Assembly: GCF_018977255.1 (NCBI RefSeq)
Contig: NW_024704743.1
Coordinates: 90,460,001 to 90,524,000, forward strand
DNA length: 64,000 bases
Direction of reading: 5' to 3'
Source of the DNA: Callorhinchus milii
Lineage: Eukaryota
Numbering within the stretch: the stretch's first letter is position 1; each line of letters begins with the position of its first letter. The translations under genes were made by a program, and so were the position numbers. This document shows, piece by piece, positions 38,346 through 51,635 of this stretch. The notes beneath the pieces were generated by a model that worked only from the letters and a program-made list of their open reading frames with translations, was not told where the DNA came from and ran no database searches.

Positions 38346-39833
38346 ATCACCTTGGAATGCAGAATCTCTCTGCCACAATAGAGACCTCATGCTAATGCTT
38401 GCAAAGAGGTCTTTTAAATCTGACAAGAGAAGAGGATCACACTTTATATGAGGTCCAAGGTTATCTAATTTTAATATCACACATGGGCACGTTCCTTTTT
38501 TTGTTATTCTGTGGCAATTCATCCTTTGCTTTATAGCATCAATGTATTTAGTTAGAAGCAGAAAAGATGTTGAGGCTTGTTTTACTTAACATCTAGTCAT
38601 CTTGTTTATTTTAAAAGAACTGAATTCATTATCATCAGCAGTCAATCTGGAAAAGCAATATCGCAGTAATTGAAATCTTAGTCTTTTATAGTCCAATTTC
38701 TAGTGAGGAGCCATTTTTTTGTAGTTTTCAGACAGGCAGGAAATACTTCTCACTAAATTGTCCTTTCACAGCTGTGAAAATCAAAAAATTGCAGCATTTT
38801 AATTCTATCACCGCAAAATTCTTTCAGTGTTTGCCTGTGTAAAATATGATTGATTTCTAATGAATCACATTTTACAAAGTGCTTCAAGATGTTCATTTCA
38901 TAGGATGAGCAGCAACAAATACAATTTACAGCTATACAGATCACGTCAGGAGGATGTGTCAAAGCACTTTACACACTGGCTGGGAACGCTGAGAGGGAGA
39001 GGGAAAGGTGACTGAAAGATGTTTTAAAAAAATTGAGCTAAGTAGGACTTCAAAGATCGGAAGGGGCTTTGGGATGGGTGTCCCAGAGAAGGGTCAGGAT
39101 AACTGATGCTTGCCCATCAACGGTGGAACAGATCAGGTGAGGGACATGAAGCAGGTTGATGGTGTTGAGTGAAAGGAGAGGGTGAGGCAGGTGGTCACAG
39201 AGTAACGATCCAGAGCAGGAATCCTGTCTGATTTTACACATGTTAGCTCTGTGGCTGAGTTGCTGCCCGAGTTGAAATAAGTTGGATCAGCACACAATGG
39301 GGATCAAACCTAGGACTTTTCCATTTGGTCAGCTACCCACTGAGAGGACTACCATTCAGAATTGGCAACTTTCAATTATTTTCTCACTGTTGCAAAGAAT
39401 TAAACAAAAAATAATGTGGGCACATTTTGCTTAATTTCTTGAAACTATACTATCGACCGACATAGTCTTGTCCAGGTTCCCAAGTAGATGGGATTAATCT
39501 TTACCACCTTTAATTGTGTTTTTTAATATAAGAAAAAAGGGGTGAGCTGTTCTTTAAGGTGTTGATCATTCAAGGTAATACGCTTGTAAATATTATTTAC
39601 ACAGTAAAAGGACAACAGGCAATCCTGGATTCTTTCTTGTATTGTTGAACCAGGCAGAATTAAGGGAAAAAGCACTTCACAAGGAGAGAAAAGCTTGACC
39701 AACTCTTAACCTTCTTTTGTACGGATTTGAAATGGAATCAGTTTATCTGGAGCCTGCTTCAGGAAATGAGTATGTTGCTTGTTCAACATTAGAACCAGTT
39801 GGGATGTTATTGCAATTAACGTTGCCCTAGTTA

Positions 39834-41145
39834 ACTACAGACCAGTAAGTTTGACATCCATTATGGGTAAATTATGGAGACTCTTATTAAGGATAAAATC
39901 ATGGAGAATCTGAACAGAAATAAAATCATAAATGATAGCCAATATGGGTTCATGAAGGGAAGTTTTTTGCCAATCTAATTTACTGGTTTTCTGTGACGGT
40001 GTGACAAGGGAGCTTGATAAGGATAAGGCTGTGGATGTTGTATATCTGGATTTCAGTAAAGCCTTTGATACAGTTCCTCTTGAGAAGCTGGTACTGATAG
40101 TAAAAAAAAAGGGAATCAGTAGCGGTATATTACTGTGGATATGCAATTGGTTGACTGGAAGAACCCAGAGGGTAGTGGTCCAGGGAATGTCATCAGACTG
40201 GGAAAAGATTACCAGTGGAGTTAGACAACTGTCTGTTTTGGGACCTCTTTTGTTCAATATTTTTATAAATGATCTGGAACCAGGAGTCGCAGGCACAGTG
40301 GCTAAGTTTGCAGATGACATCAAGCTAGTGAAAATAGTAGATTGTGAAGCTGAACAAGATAGATTACAGGAGGATTTGAACATACTTGGGAATTGGGCAG
40401 ATTGCTGGCAGATGAAATTCAATCTGGAGAAATGTAAACAACAACAAGATTACATTTGTATAGTGCCTTTCACATCAGGAGGACATTCCAAGGTGCTGGA
40501 AAGTACTTCACATGGGGACAAAAAATCCTGGAAGGAGCTATTATTTGAACGGATGGAGAATGATATGTACGGAAAATGAAAAGGACCTGGGGGTCCTGAA
40601 TGACAATAAATTGATGCTCACCCAACAATGCTCTGTGTCCGTGAGTAAAGCAAACCAGGTGTTGAGATGTATCAAAAGATCAATAGCAAGACAAAATCCT
40701 GCTATTGTATAAATTATTGTTGAGACCATACTTAGAGTACTGTGTACAGTTCTGGTCACCCCAGTGCAACAAGGATATTGGAGAAATCGAAAAGATACAG
40801 AGGAGGGCAACCAAAATGATTGAGGGAATGGAAGGACTGGATTATGAGGAATGACTAAGTAAATTGGGCATGTTCATGCTAGAAAAGAGAAAATTGAGAG
40901 GCAACATGATTGCTATCTTTAAGATTCCAAAGGGGCAAAACAATATAGTTCATGACAGGCTGTTTCAATTTGTCCAGAATAGTAGAACCAGAGGACATGG
41001 CCTGCGATTGAAGAGGAATAAATTCAGAACAAATCTATGCAAACACTGTTTCAGTGAGCGAATAGTGAACTTGTGGAACAGGCTCCCTAGGGAGACGGTT
41101 GAAGCAGGAAATGTTGATTCTTTCAAAAACTGATTAGATCGCTTT
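39834..41145 (+). mobile_element. CR1-clade LINE fragment (RT domain and C-terminus), with an L2 tail nested at about 40438-40500
   Basis: NYRPVSLTS, VDVVYLDFSKAFDTVP, LGPLLFNIFINDL, KFADDIKL, EKDLGV and RTRGHGL motifs. Confidence 0.9.
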
Positions 41146-41149
41146 TCCG

Positions 41150-41345
41150 GTGGTAATAATTCCTTAAAAAAAATTGATCACTTAATCCATGACTGTTCGT
41201 GGGACACTGCTGTGCGCAATTGGCTGCCACGTTTCTCCCACAAAATATGCAGTCAATTCACTTTACAGTGTATTCGGTGAAGTGCTTTGAGACGTCTAGA
41301 AGACGTGATAAGGCATTATATCAAATGCAAGGAATATTATTATTA
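41150..41345 (+). mobile_element. Family B SINE 3' fragment
   Basis: Shared 3' half and (TTA)n tail abutting a CR1 fragment. Confidence 0.8.
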
Positions 41346-42284
41346 TCTCAAACACCTGTGAGTTAATTTTATTTTTTAAAAATTGAGTAAACGTGCTCCT
41401 GAACACAGGGCTTGGGAACCACACTAATAATGTTGTATTTTAGACTAACAATAGATTTATTACTTTGCTTCAGAGGTTACAGTACTTAAAAGGTAAAGAG
41501 AGATCTTGATTTATCTTGCTATTTGGGGAGAAATTACAATCAAAGTCTGAGGAGAAAGCAATTTTGAAAAAAAAGGTGTTTAATCAAGGTATTTCATTTC
41601 CTTTTAAGATCATTTGAATTCCATAGTATGACATCCTTTTTCAGCTCTGATCTTCAACAGCTTTATAACAATTTTTTTAAAACATCCTTGCATTTAATAT
41701 GGCTCCTTTCATGTGGGAAGGACATTTCAAAGCACTTCACAGGATTTTACTGTAAAGTGTAGTGACTGTGTATTTTGAAGTAGAACAGCACAGTGAATAT
41801 AAATATAGAGTGTAAGGCAAAGGGCTGTCTGTTTTTTTTCCTGTTGTTATTACATCAGTATCCTAAGAACAAGAATAAGAAATGACACTGCTGATGTAAG
41901 GACAGAATGGGCTAACATTTTGGAAGATGGGAACAGGCTTTTTAAAACTGATTTACGTGGACTCAAAACTAACCTCATACATGTTAATGCAGGCCAATGA
42001 AAAGCTGGGAATTAAACTCATTTTTTTCATATAGTGTGCCTCAGTATATATTGTGTCTAATAATAGTGCTTTACTGCGTTATTTTTCTGTAAATAAATAG
42101 ATTATGTCCACTGCGGTCTGCTTCTGTGCTTATTCACAGATAACAGAAATATATTGCTGGATGTTCATCTCAGCCTTAAAGACTGTATACATCTGGTGTG
42201 TGTGATAACAATTCGCTTAAGAGAAAGATTGGTATTATGGCACAAGACCAGATAAAAATCCAGTGTGATACAAAATGACTGGGA

Positions 42285-42930
42285 TAATAACAACAACAAC
42301 TTGGATTTATATAGCGCCCTCCAGGCCGGACGGCGTCTCAGAGTGCTTCACAGTAACGGATCCCAGGATGGAAGGGGAGGAAGGTGACCAAAGGCACAGT
42401 CGAAAAGAAAGGTTGACAGAGACCTGAAAATGGGAATGGAGGGAGCGAGGCGAAGGGAGTGAGGAAGGCAGTTCCAGAGCCTCGGGGCATAGTGGCTGAA
42501 GGCACGGCCGCAGAGGGTGGAATGGAGGATTCGGGGGGTGAGGAGGAGGCCAAACTTGGAAGAACGAAGACAACGGGTACTGTTTTGAGGAGAGAGGAGG
42601 TCAGAGAGGTAGGGAGGTGCAGAGGAGTGCAAGGATTTGAATACAAGAGTGAGGATCTTGAAATCGATCCTCTCTGGGATAGGCAGCCAGTGCAGTCTGG
42701 CAAGGACTGGGGTGATTGGAGAGCAGAATTTGGTGGGGGTGAGAATCTCGGCGGCAGAGTTTTGAATGATTTGGATTTTATGGATGGTAGTGGATGGGAG
42801 ACCAGCGAGGAGGGCGTTAAAGTAGTCCAGCCGAGAAATGACAAAGGCATGGACCAGGATTTCAGCGGCTTTTGGAGAGGGGTATTTGCGGAGACGAGTG
42901 ATGCGTTGGAGGTGGAAGAAAGCGATAATT
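42285..42930 (-). mobile_element. L2-clade LINE 3' fragment
   Basis: ILVHAFVISRLDYFNALLAGLP...ITPVLARLHWLPIPERIDFKIL; (TTG)n tail. Confidence 0.9.
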
Positions 42931-42974
42931 GTTAATCCTTCAAGTACTATCTCTGTAAGGGGGGACAGGAAGAT

Positions 42975-43630
42975 AATAATAATAGTAATAATAATAATAT
43001 TCTTGTATTTGATATAGCACCTTTTATGTCTGATGTGTGTCCCAAAGGGCTTTACAGGATTTTTCTGTGAAATGGAGTGTATTTGTATGCAATGGTGGCA
43101 GCCAACTGCACAAAGCAATGTCCTACAAACAGCCATGAAACAAATGACAAATTTTGGGCAGGACACCCAGAAAAATTCCCTTCTCTTTCTGAATCATGTC
43201 ATGGGATCTTTAATGTCCGCCCAAACAGGCAGATGGGACCTTGGTTTAATGTCTCATCTGAAGGACAGCATCTCCAACAATGCCACACACCCCCAGCATT
43301 ACCACAACAACTACTTGCATTTCTATATCGCTCCTTACGCAGGGTAACATCCCAGAGCGCTTGACAGTGGTGAAACAAGATGCCGAGCCGGTCGGGGAGG
43401 GGGAGTTGACCAAAGGCACGGTCGAATAGGAAGGTCTTCACCCACAACCTGAAGATGGGGAAGGAAAACACAAATCGGAGGGATAGAGGAAGTGTGTTCC
43501 AGAGTTTAAAGAGTGTTCACATAGTCTAAATTGGCATTAGAGTGCCAAGTTATGTGAGTTCAAGTCCCTACACATGGCTTAAACCCACTACCTCTCTCTG
43601 ACTCAGAGGCGAGATTGCTATCAGCTAAGG
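42975..43630 (-). mobile_element. Family A (Deu) SINE interrupted by an L2 3' fragment (about 43303-43505)
   Basis: Tail, Deu body, inserted L2 end, then head ending gactcagaggcgagattgctatcagctaag. Confidence 0.7.
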
Positions 43631-44544
43631 CGGATGTCTCAGGCAGATGTCTCAGACATTAACAGTTCAGCTCACTACATTGCAAGAGAAAACCCCCCAA
43701 ATGGTAATAAGACGAAATTGTATCCTTAATTATAAAAGCAGGTGTACAGATACTTAGGCTGCTTATAAATTCTAAAGTAATTGCCGCACAATTGTTTATA
43801 CTGAAATAGTTATTTACGTCACTACATTTTCATATATAGCAAAACACGTAATGTGCATTCAGATCCAAGCATTTCTCTCATACAGGGGCTTTAAATCCTG
43901 CTTCACAGCAGGATTAACTATGCGTTCTGTACTCACTAAAATAATACAATATCATGACTGGGCTCAATCCATTCCGTCCATTCATTCTTGCTTCAATCGA
44001 AAACATTTTTTTTAATCGACAACACCTTCAGTTAAGTCACAGCACAAAATGTGACTCAGGAGCAATAGCAAAAAGCAATAAAAATATGTTGTTGAGTTTA
44101 AACAGAACAGAATGATTTGACTTAATGTAATCCAAAATTGAACTACCAGCATGGGGGAATTGCAAGGTGGTTATTAATTATGTCGTCAGGTGATTAAATT
44201 CCAGTAATATGTTGTTAAACAAAATCCTTCAGCAATAAGGATTATCTGGACTAATTAAAGCTGATATTAAATTTTGCTTTGAGTGTCATACAGTTCAGTG
44301 TTATTGTACCCTGTGTGGTTCGTGACTAATGCTGACCGGAGAACTGAGCGCGCTAAGTAGGATTACATGATTGCACTTGGCAATCCAAGGGAATTAACTA
44401 CTGGGTAATAAAATAAAGTAATGCAAATTATTCCTTCAATTTCTGTACCAGAAAAGTAATAGTCATCTTAATTATTTGTTAACATATCCAAATTCCTCAA
44501 TCTCATGGGAACCATCAACATTTCCTTCTATGATAAATTGTAAA

Positions 44545-44995
44545 TTGTAATCGAATTCAAGATCCTCATCCTCACCGACAAGGCCATTCATGGCCTTGCA
44601 CTCTCCGACCTAATAGCCCCCTACCTACCTGCCCATACCCTCCGTTTTTCTGGCTCCGGTCTGCTCCACATTCCCCGCCCCAACCGCCCTACCATCGGTG
44701 GCCGGGACTTCAGCCTCTCAGCCCCAAGGCTCTGGAACTCCATTCCCCAGTACCTTTGCCTTGTCTCCTCCCTTTCCTCCTTCAAGACCGGTCTCAAGAC
44801 CTTTCTCTTCAACCGTGGCTTCACCCCCCCCCCCCCCCCCCTCGACTCTCTACCCCCTCCTCGCTCCCTCCCTTCCCTCCCCTCACCCTGACCATTTCCC
44901 CCCTGCTCGGGTCCCGACCCAACTGTCCAGCACCTTGGGACATCCTCCCGACATGAAAGGCACTCTATAAATGCAATCTTGTTGTTGTTATTGTC
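44545..44995 (+). mobile_element. L2-clade LINE short 3' fragment
   Basis: IEFKILIL region through the 3' motif and (TTG)n. Confidence 0.85.
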
Positions 44996-45269
44996 TTAAA
45001 TTCCATCACAGTGCTCTGACTGCCATTGTTGAGGAAAGCAAATGTCAGCACACTCTCCATCAAATTGAATCATGTTTGTGAAACCGCTTGCAGAACAAAC
45101 ATTAATTACATATTGCTAGGCTATTAAGCATTACAAGCTATGGAAGCGAGTTTCACAACTGGAAGAAATCTTGAGTTATCTAGGTTGGGTGGGAAATTTG
45201 TAAAATACCCAGTTAGATCCATTTAAGGAATTCAGCTTTATGAATGTCAGTGTAGTGACACAACATTGC

Positions 45270-47100
45270 CAACCGGCTTCTCTGCCTACCCTTTCATGCC
45301 ACACCCATCCTCTCCTCTAATGTCAACTGCAAGGAAATGCTGGACTTCCTCAAACCAAAATTGAGGGGATCCGCTCAGCCGCCTCTATCCTTCCAACTAT
45401 TACCCTCCTCATTTCCCCCTCGCACTCCAGCCCTTACATCCCTCCCTCCACACACCATCCCTCCCTCCACACCTTTGAATCTGTCTCCCCCCCTCTTTCA
45501 CCACCATTATAACCCACATGAAACTCACCACCTGCTCACTTGATGGCATCCCTACCGCTCTTCTTACCTCCCAGCTCCACCTCCTTGCCCCCCTACTCAC
45601 AGACATCATAAACCTGTCCACTGGCACCGTTCCCACCCCTTTTAAAACAGCTGTCATCACTCCTGTCCTTAAAAAACCCTCCCTGAACCCATCCCTGCTC
45701 TCAAATTACCACCCCCACCTCCAACCTTTCCTTTCTAAGGTCCTGGAATGAGTCGTTGCTTCCCAGCTTTGTTCCTTCCTCTCTTGCCACTCCCTTCATG
45801 AACCCCTCCAATCGGGTTGCTTTGGAGGGGTTCATGAAGGGCACAGAAACAGCTTTGCTCAAAGTGACAAATGACCTTTTGTCCACCTGTGACCAGGGAT
45901 CTCTCTCTCCTCCTCATCCTTGATCACTCTGCTGCCTTTGATACCATTGACCGCTCTATCTTCCTCCATTGCCTCTCCTCTCACCTCAACCTTTATGGTT
46001 CTGTCCTTGAATGGTTCAGACCCTACCTCTCACACGGTCTCCACTTCATCTCCACAAATGGCTTCTCCTCTAGCACCCGCACCATCTCCTTCGACGTTCC
46101 TCAGGGCTTGGTCCTTGGTCCCCTACTCTTCAATATCTACATGCAGACATGGGGTCAACTTCCACACATATGCGGGTGACACCCAATTCTATCTCTCTGC
46201 CTCTACCTTCGACTCCAAGACCACTGCTGTCCTGATAGAATGACTGTCAGGCATCAAGTCCTGGATGACAGCTAACGTTCTTCAGTTGAACATCAACAAG
46301 ACCGAGGTTCTCTTAATTGGCTCCCATCAGCACCTCCTCACCTGAGGTGCATGGTTGCACACTCCACCTTGCTAAGCCAGTCCGGAACCTTGGTGTCTTG
46401 TTTGAACCTCAAATGTCCTTTCTACGCCACATCCGTGCCATGACCTTCTCTGCCTTCCCCCACCTCCGCAATATCGCCCAGCTCCGCCACTACCTCACCC
46501 CTCAGGCCGCCGAAATCCTCATACATGCATTCATCACATCTAGGCTTGACTACGCCAACTCCCTGCTTGCCGGCCTTCCCAACTTTTCCCTCCACAAGCT
46601 GCAGATCATCCAGAACTCTGCAGCTCGTGTCTTCTAACGCACCAAGCTCCGTGACCCCATCACACCCACTCTCGCCCGGCTCCACCGGCTCCCCATCACC
46701 CAGAGGATAGAGTTCAAAATCCTCATCCTCACCCTCAAGGCCCTCCACGGCCTTGCTCCTCCCTAACTCTGCAACCTGCTGACCCCATATCAACCTGTCC
46801 GCTCCCTCGCTCAGCAGGCTCCACGTCCCCCGCCCGGCCCGCTCCACCATCAGCGGTCGGTCCCTTCAACCTTTCTGCCCCCACCCTATACAACTCCGTC
46901 CCATATTCCCTTTGCCTCGCTTCCTCCCTTGCCTCCTTCGAGGCATTTTGCAAAACCTTCCTCTTCAACCGAACCTTCGGCCTCCCTCCAACTGTCCCTC
47001 CCCAACCCAACCCCCAGCTCGGGTCCAAATCCAGTGCCTTGTGATGTCCTCCCGACGTGAAAGGCGCTATACAAATGTAATTTTGTATTGTATTGTATTT
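45270..47100 (+). mobile_element. L2-clade LINE fragment, about 1.8 kb, covering the degenerate RT domain
   Basis: FKTAVITPVLKKPSL...AAFDTID...VPQGLVLGPLLFNIY...YAGDTQFY...QNSAAR; many stops and frameshifts; (TTGTA)n tail. Confidence 0.9.
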
Positions 47101-48849
47101 GTACTTGAGACATTTCAACAACCTTTTTGAGTTGCCCTTTTATTGAACTATCTTTTCAGCTCATTCCCCAGGGAAGTAATTTTTGTTACTTCTCAAGGTG
47201 AGCTACCAACATTATTGCCTCAGTATTGGCTGACTGTTCTGTTGGTGAAGTGGGGTGTCTGTACATACGTGACTCCGAGATGAAGAGCTGAGTTTGAATG
47301 ACGTAGTGCGTGGGAGTATATGTCTGTGTTCTCTGGCTGTCTGTGCAGTGTCTCTTTACAGATGGAGGGATCAATATCAATTTGTGTTCTGTTAGTACTT
47401 AACTAAAGAGCAGACTTAGGGAAAAGTTAGCAGAAGGAAATTAAGGGATCCCGAAATACAATTCCAACATAGTTTTTGGAGCATATTTAATATCACAAGC
47501 GCTCCTCTACAGGTTTGCTCCACTCAAGGTCCCAGTGATTCCATTTAGTTTCAATCCTGAGGAGAGTAATCCCCTTTTATCAATTTAAGGATATAAACTG
47601 GGGTCTGTTATTCTTTTTTTAATCGTTTCCCAGGGTTGTATTGTATAGGAGGGAGAAACCTTTGCTCTCCCAGGCCAAAAAAGTACTGTTATTGATCAGC
47701 CAAAGGCTTCAGGTTTAGCCAGCTGATCATTAAAAGTTAATACTTTAGCTGAACACAGAAGTTTTCAGTCCTTCTCAGCAAATAAACTCTGGGAAACTAA
47801 AATTAAATATACACACAGCCTACTAAGAGGCCCAAAAATCACAAAGTGATCAATATCTAAGATTTTTTTCAAGGAATCTCATTAGACTCCATTATTCTGT
47901 AACAATAAATTTTATATGAAGGGTAATCCTATGAGTATTGCTTTCTTTCTGATATTGCAAGATCCTTCTTTGTCCTGTAGTCTTTGTTCAAAAGGAAAAA
48001 CAACACATTGGAGTCTCTATTTGTGCAATTCAGATTGCTTATGAAGGAATCTTGTTAAGAAATACCACAATTACCTCCAGTTATCTTGTCTGATCTCATT
48101 GCCCATTTCTTAAATATTCTCTCAAGAGTATTGGTTTTAAAATGGGTCAGTCTCTTTCATTGCTCGATAAGTTACTGTGGGGGAGAAAGGGGAAATATCC
48201 TTATACTCCCATCTTCTAACAAATTGTAGGATTTTGTTCCATGGAATTAAAATTGCAGAAGATAAAACTATGTTGGAGCTGGTACATTTTAGCACATAAC
48301 TACGATGTGATGAGTGAGCAATAATGTTGTGGATTTTAGGTGGATTTTCTGACCAGTGAGATGAATGTCAACTTATTTTGTTGACACAGCTACAATTGTT
48401 AATGAATTCAAACAGGATGAGGTTAAGGCAGGAAAGTAAAGCAACCCCCAATAAGCCATTTTTTTTATTTATAAATGAGAATTAATTTTATTTTATACTT
48501 TCACATGAAACAAAACTGCATATGTGGCTGTAAAATATTGACAATCATTCAGTACAATATAGAATGCATTAGTGTTAGCTAATAGACATTACTGTAGTGC
48601 AATTAGACAAGAATAACTTAATAGAGGAAATATATTGTGGGAGAACTTCCTTGTGAAGTTAAGTGCAGTGACATTGGCAGTGTGTGAACATAGGCAGAAT
48701 GCTGGATGTTAGGGCATGTTGCAGTTGTAAATATAACATTTGCAAAGTAAGTTGCAACCTTACCCATAGTATTGCTTCTATAATAATAATACTTGTTTTT
48801 TTAAGAGCACCTTATCATGTCGAAACAGCTTAAAGCGCTTCATAGATTT

Positions 48850-50400
48850 ACAACAACAATAACAACAAATTGCATTTATACGTTGTCTTTCATGTCGGGA
48901 GGAAGTCCCAAGGTACTGGACAGTCAAGGGTTTTCACCTGAACTGGGTTTGGATTCAAAAGGGAGGGGGCAAGTGGTTTGGGGGTGGGAAGATGACTGAA
49001 GGCACCGTCAAAGAGGAAGGTCTCGAGATAGACCTTGAATGAGGCGAAGGATGAGGCAAAGTTCCTCTAGAAGTGAGTTCCAGAGGATGGGAGCAGAAAG
49101 GTTGAAGGCCCGACCACCGATGTAGAGCGGGCAGGGCAGGGGACATGAAGCAGGCAGGTTGGTAAGGTTTTAGCAGGTTGCAGAGATAGGGAGGAGCAAG
49201 ACAGAGTATAGCAATGCTGTCAATGCCTGAGGTCACAAAGCACTGACGAGAGCCAAAGAGAAGAGCCTCAGTCTTGTTGACATTCAACTGGAGAAAGTTA
49301 GCTCTCATCAGGGACTTGATTTCTGCCAGGCAATCCATCAGGATAGCAGCGGTCCTGGAGTCAAGGGTGGAGGAAGGGACATAGAGTTGTGTGTCATCCG
49401 CATACATGTTGAATTGAACCCCATGTTAGGGGTGATATCACCGAGCAAGAGCATGAAAATATTAAAGAGAAGAGGACCAAGGACATCACTAAGGAATGCC
49501 GCACATGAAGGTGTGGGGGCTGGGGAAAAGGAGGTCAACAAATACAAAGTAGAGATGATGGGAAAGGTAAGAGTGAAATCAGGCAAGGACAGAACTGTGA
49601 AAGTGGAGCTAAAGAGAAGCAGAGGAAAAGAATAGAGTGGTCGACAGTGCTAAATGTGGCAGAGAGATCAAGAAGGACAAGGAGGCAGAGAAAACCTAGT
49701 CAGAGATGGACATAATGTAATTTGTGACTTTGACTAGGGCAGTCTCTGTACTGCGAGCAGCACAGAATCCAGAATAGTGAAATTCATGGAAGGAGTGCTG
49801 GGGGTGGAAAGAGCAAAGTTTGGAAGCAACGACTTGTTCCAGAACCTTGGAAAGGGAGCTTGGAGATGGGATGGTAGTTAGGGGACTGGGATATATTAAG
49901 GGAAGTTTTTTTGAGGGTGAGATTGATGATTGCTGTTTAAGGGGGGTGGAACTGTGATGCTAAACAGAGAGAGGTTCACAATGTCGGTTAGCAGCGGGAT
50001 GGATGGTGAGGAGAATAGAGAATAGGAGAAAGTGGAGGGTAGGGAATGGAGTCAAGGGAACAGATGGTGGTGGAGGTGAGAGAAGAGAGGGAGATGGGGT
50101 CGAAAGTGTAGAGGGGCAGATGGGGAGGGGGTGGCAGTTACAAGGGCAGAGCCAGCAGAGCAGATCTTCTCAATTTTGCACCCGAGGAAGTCCATCATCT
50201 CCTTGCAATTGGAGTCGGAAGGAGAGGATGGACAAGGGAGGGAAAGGTGGGCAGAGGAGCTGGCTTGTGGCAGAGAAGAGGAGCCTGGGGTTGTTCTTAG
50301 CTTCCAGGAAAATCCTGGAGCAGAGCTATCACGAGGGTGGAGCGGTAGATTGTTGGTGCGATCCAGCCAAATGGTGTAGTGACAGCATTTCTGGGTGAAC
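48850..50400 (-). mobile_element. Older L2-clade LINE fragment
   Basis: MYADDTQLY...LQLNVNKTEALLFGSRQ and VLGPLLFNIFM motifs; (TTG)n tail. Confidence 0.85.
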
Positions 50401-51286
50401 TCGGCAGCCGATTTTTGTAGAACAACGTCCCTCAAACAGTCATGACGGTTTCTCAGCTGAGTTTCTCGAAATGACCTTACGATGGCTTTCACAATCAATT
50501 TGCGATGGACCACTTTTTTCTGTGCTGTAAAGTGTTATGGTTCTCTGATTTCTGACAGGACTGTTTTTCAAAATCAAAATTCATAACAATTCCTGGAATT
50601 TCAAACTAGAATTGGCACATTGGCACAACAGCTTCCGATTTGTGAATGTTACATTCAATTCCAATTATAAAAGTCACTACACTTAAGAGCATCCGGAATT
50701 TTTCGCCCATAATATCAAAATGTAACTCCGAAGACAGAGCCCACTTTTAAATATGCAAGATGTGAATAAGATTAAACCATTCAATAAAATATTTACACTT
50801 CTGGAATAAGATGAGAACAGTTTGACTGAATGAGACCTAGACAAATCCGACCTGGATCAACCAAATAAAAGTATAAATTTAAACTTCATTGTCTTGCTGG
50901 CTGGCTGAGCTAAACAGCCTGTCACCAGAACCAATGGTGTGTTCCACAGACAGGAACTGTATCTAATGCATTACATTTTGAATCTTTATTAAAGTTTCAA
51001 GTATGATCTCATCACAGATAAATGTCAAGCTGCCAAAATTACAAGGGAAGCAATATTACTGAAGGAAATTGTATCGTAATTGCATTTGTTTACCATATTG
51101 ATCTATCCGAGAACTGTAGCTATTTGTAATACTGTACCATGTAGTATCTACCTTGCATGCACCAAATTCCAGGTGACACTGTTCTTTCGATAGTATATTT
51201 ATTATGAGATAAACAATTTGCGCAGCTTCAAACCACCAGCTGCTGAGTGATCAAATATTTGACAAACCTCTTAAAGTGAAGCTTTT

Positions 51287-51635
51287 GGGGACTGGGCAGT
51301 GCAGTAAATTAGGCACTGCCTTTTCATCTCTGTGACAAGTTTTGAATTCAGCCCAAACTGATGGGATGAAAATCTCTTCTATCTGCAGGCTATGAGGGGG
51401 CAGTTTTGACCTAACCCCTTAATGTGTGGCCACGCAGCACAGTACTGCTCTTAATTTGGCACTAAATTGGCAATCTCACTTAAAAGCCATAGGGTGGTTG
51501 GTGCGGGAAGGTTTACACTGTTGCACATCTGAGGATAGGGCTGAGGCACATTGTTGGTGCAGTGGAAGTGGCTTTGCACTGTATGCAACCGTTCTGCTTC
51601 TGTCCCACATGTGCTTGATGCTGACAATAGATGCT
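51287..51635 (+). mobile_element. LF-SINE-like ancient SINE relic
   Basis: Collinear blocks matching the recalled LF-SINE consensus: ggggactgg; gccttttcatctct; ttgaattcagccca; aatttggcactaaattggca; agggctgaggcacattg. Confidence 0.6.

Noticed and set aside
34524..46850. ORFs of 150-270 aa as host genes or an intact retrotransposon
   Set aside because: All are frameshifted, 5'-truncated L2 or CR1 ORF2 fragments or their alternative frames; no intact endonuclease-RT ORF.
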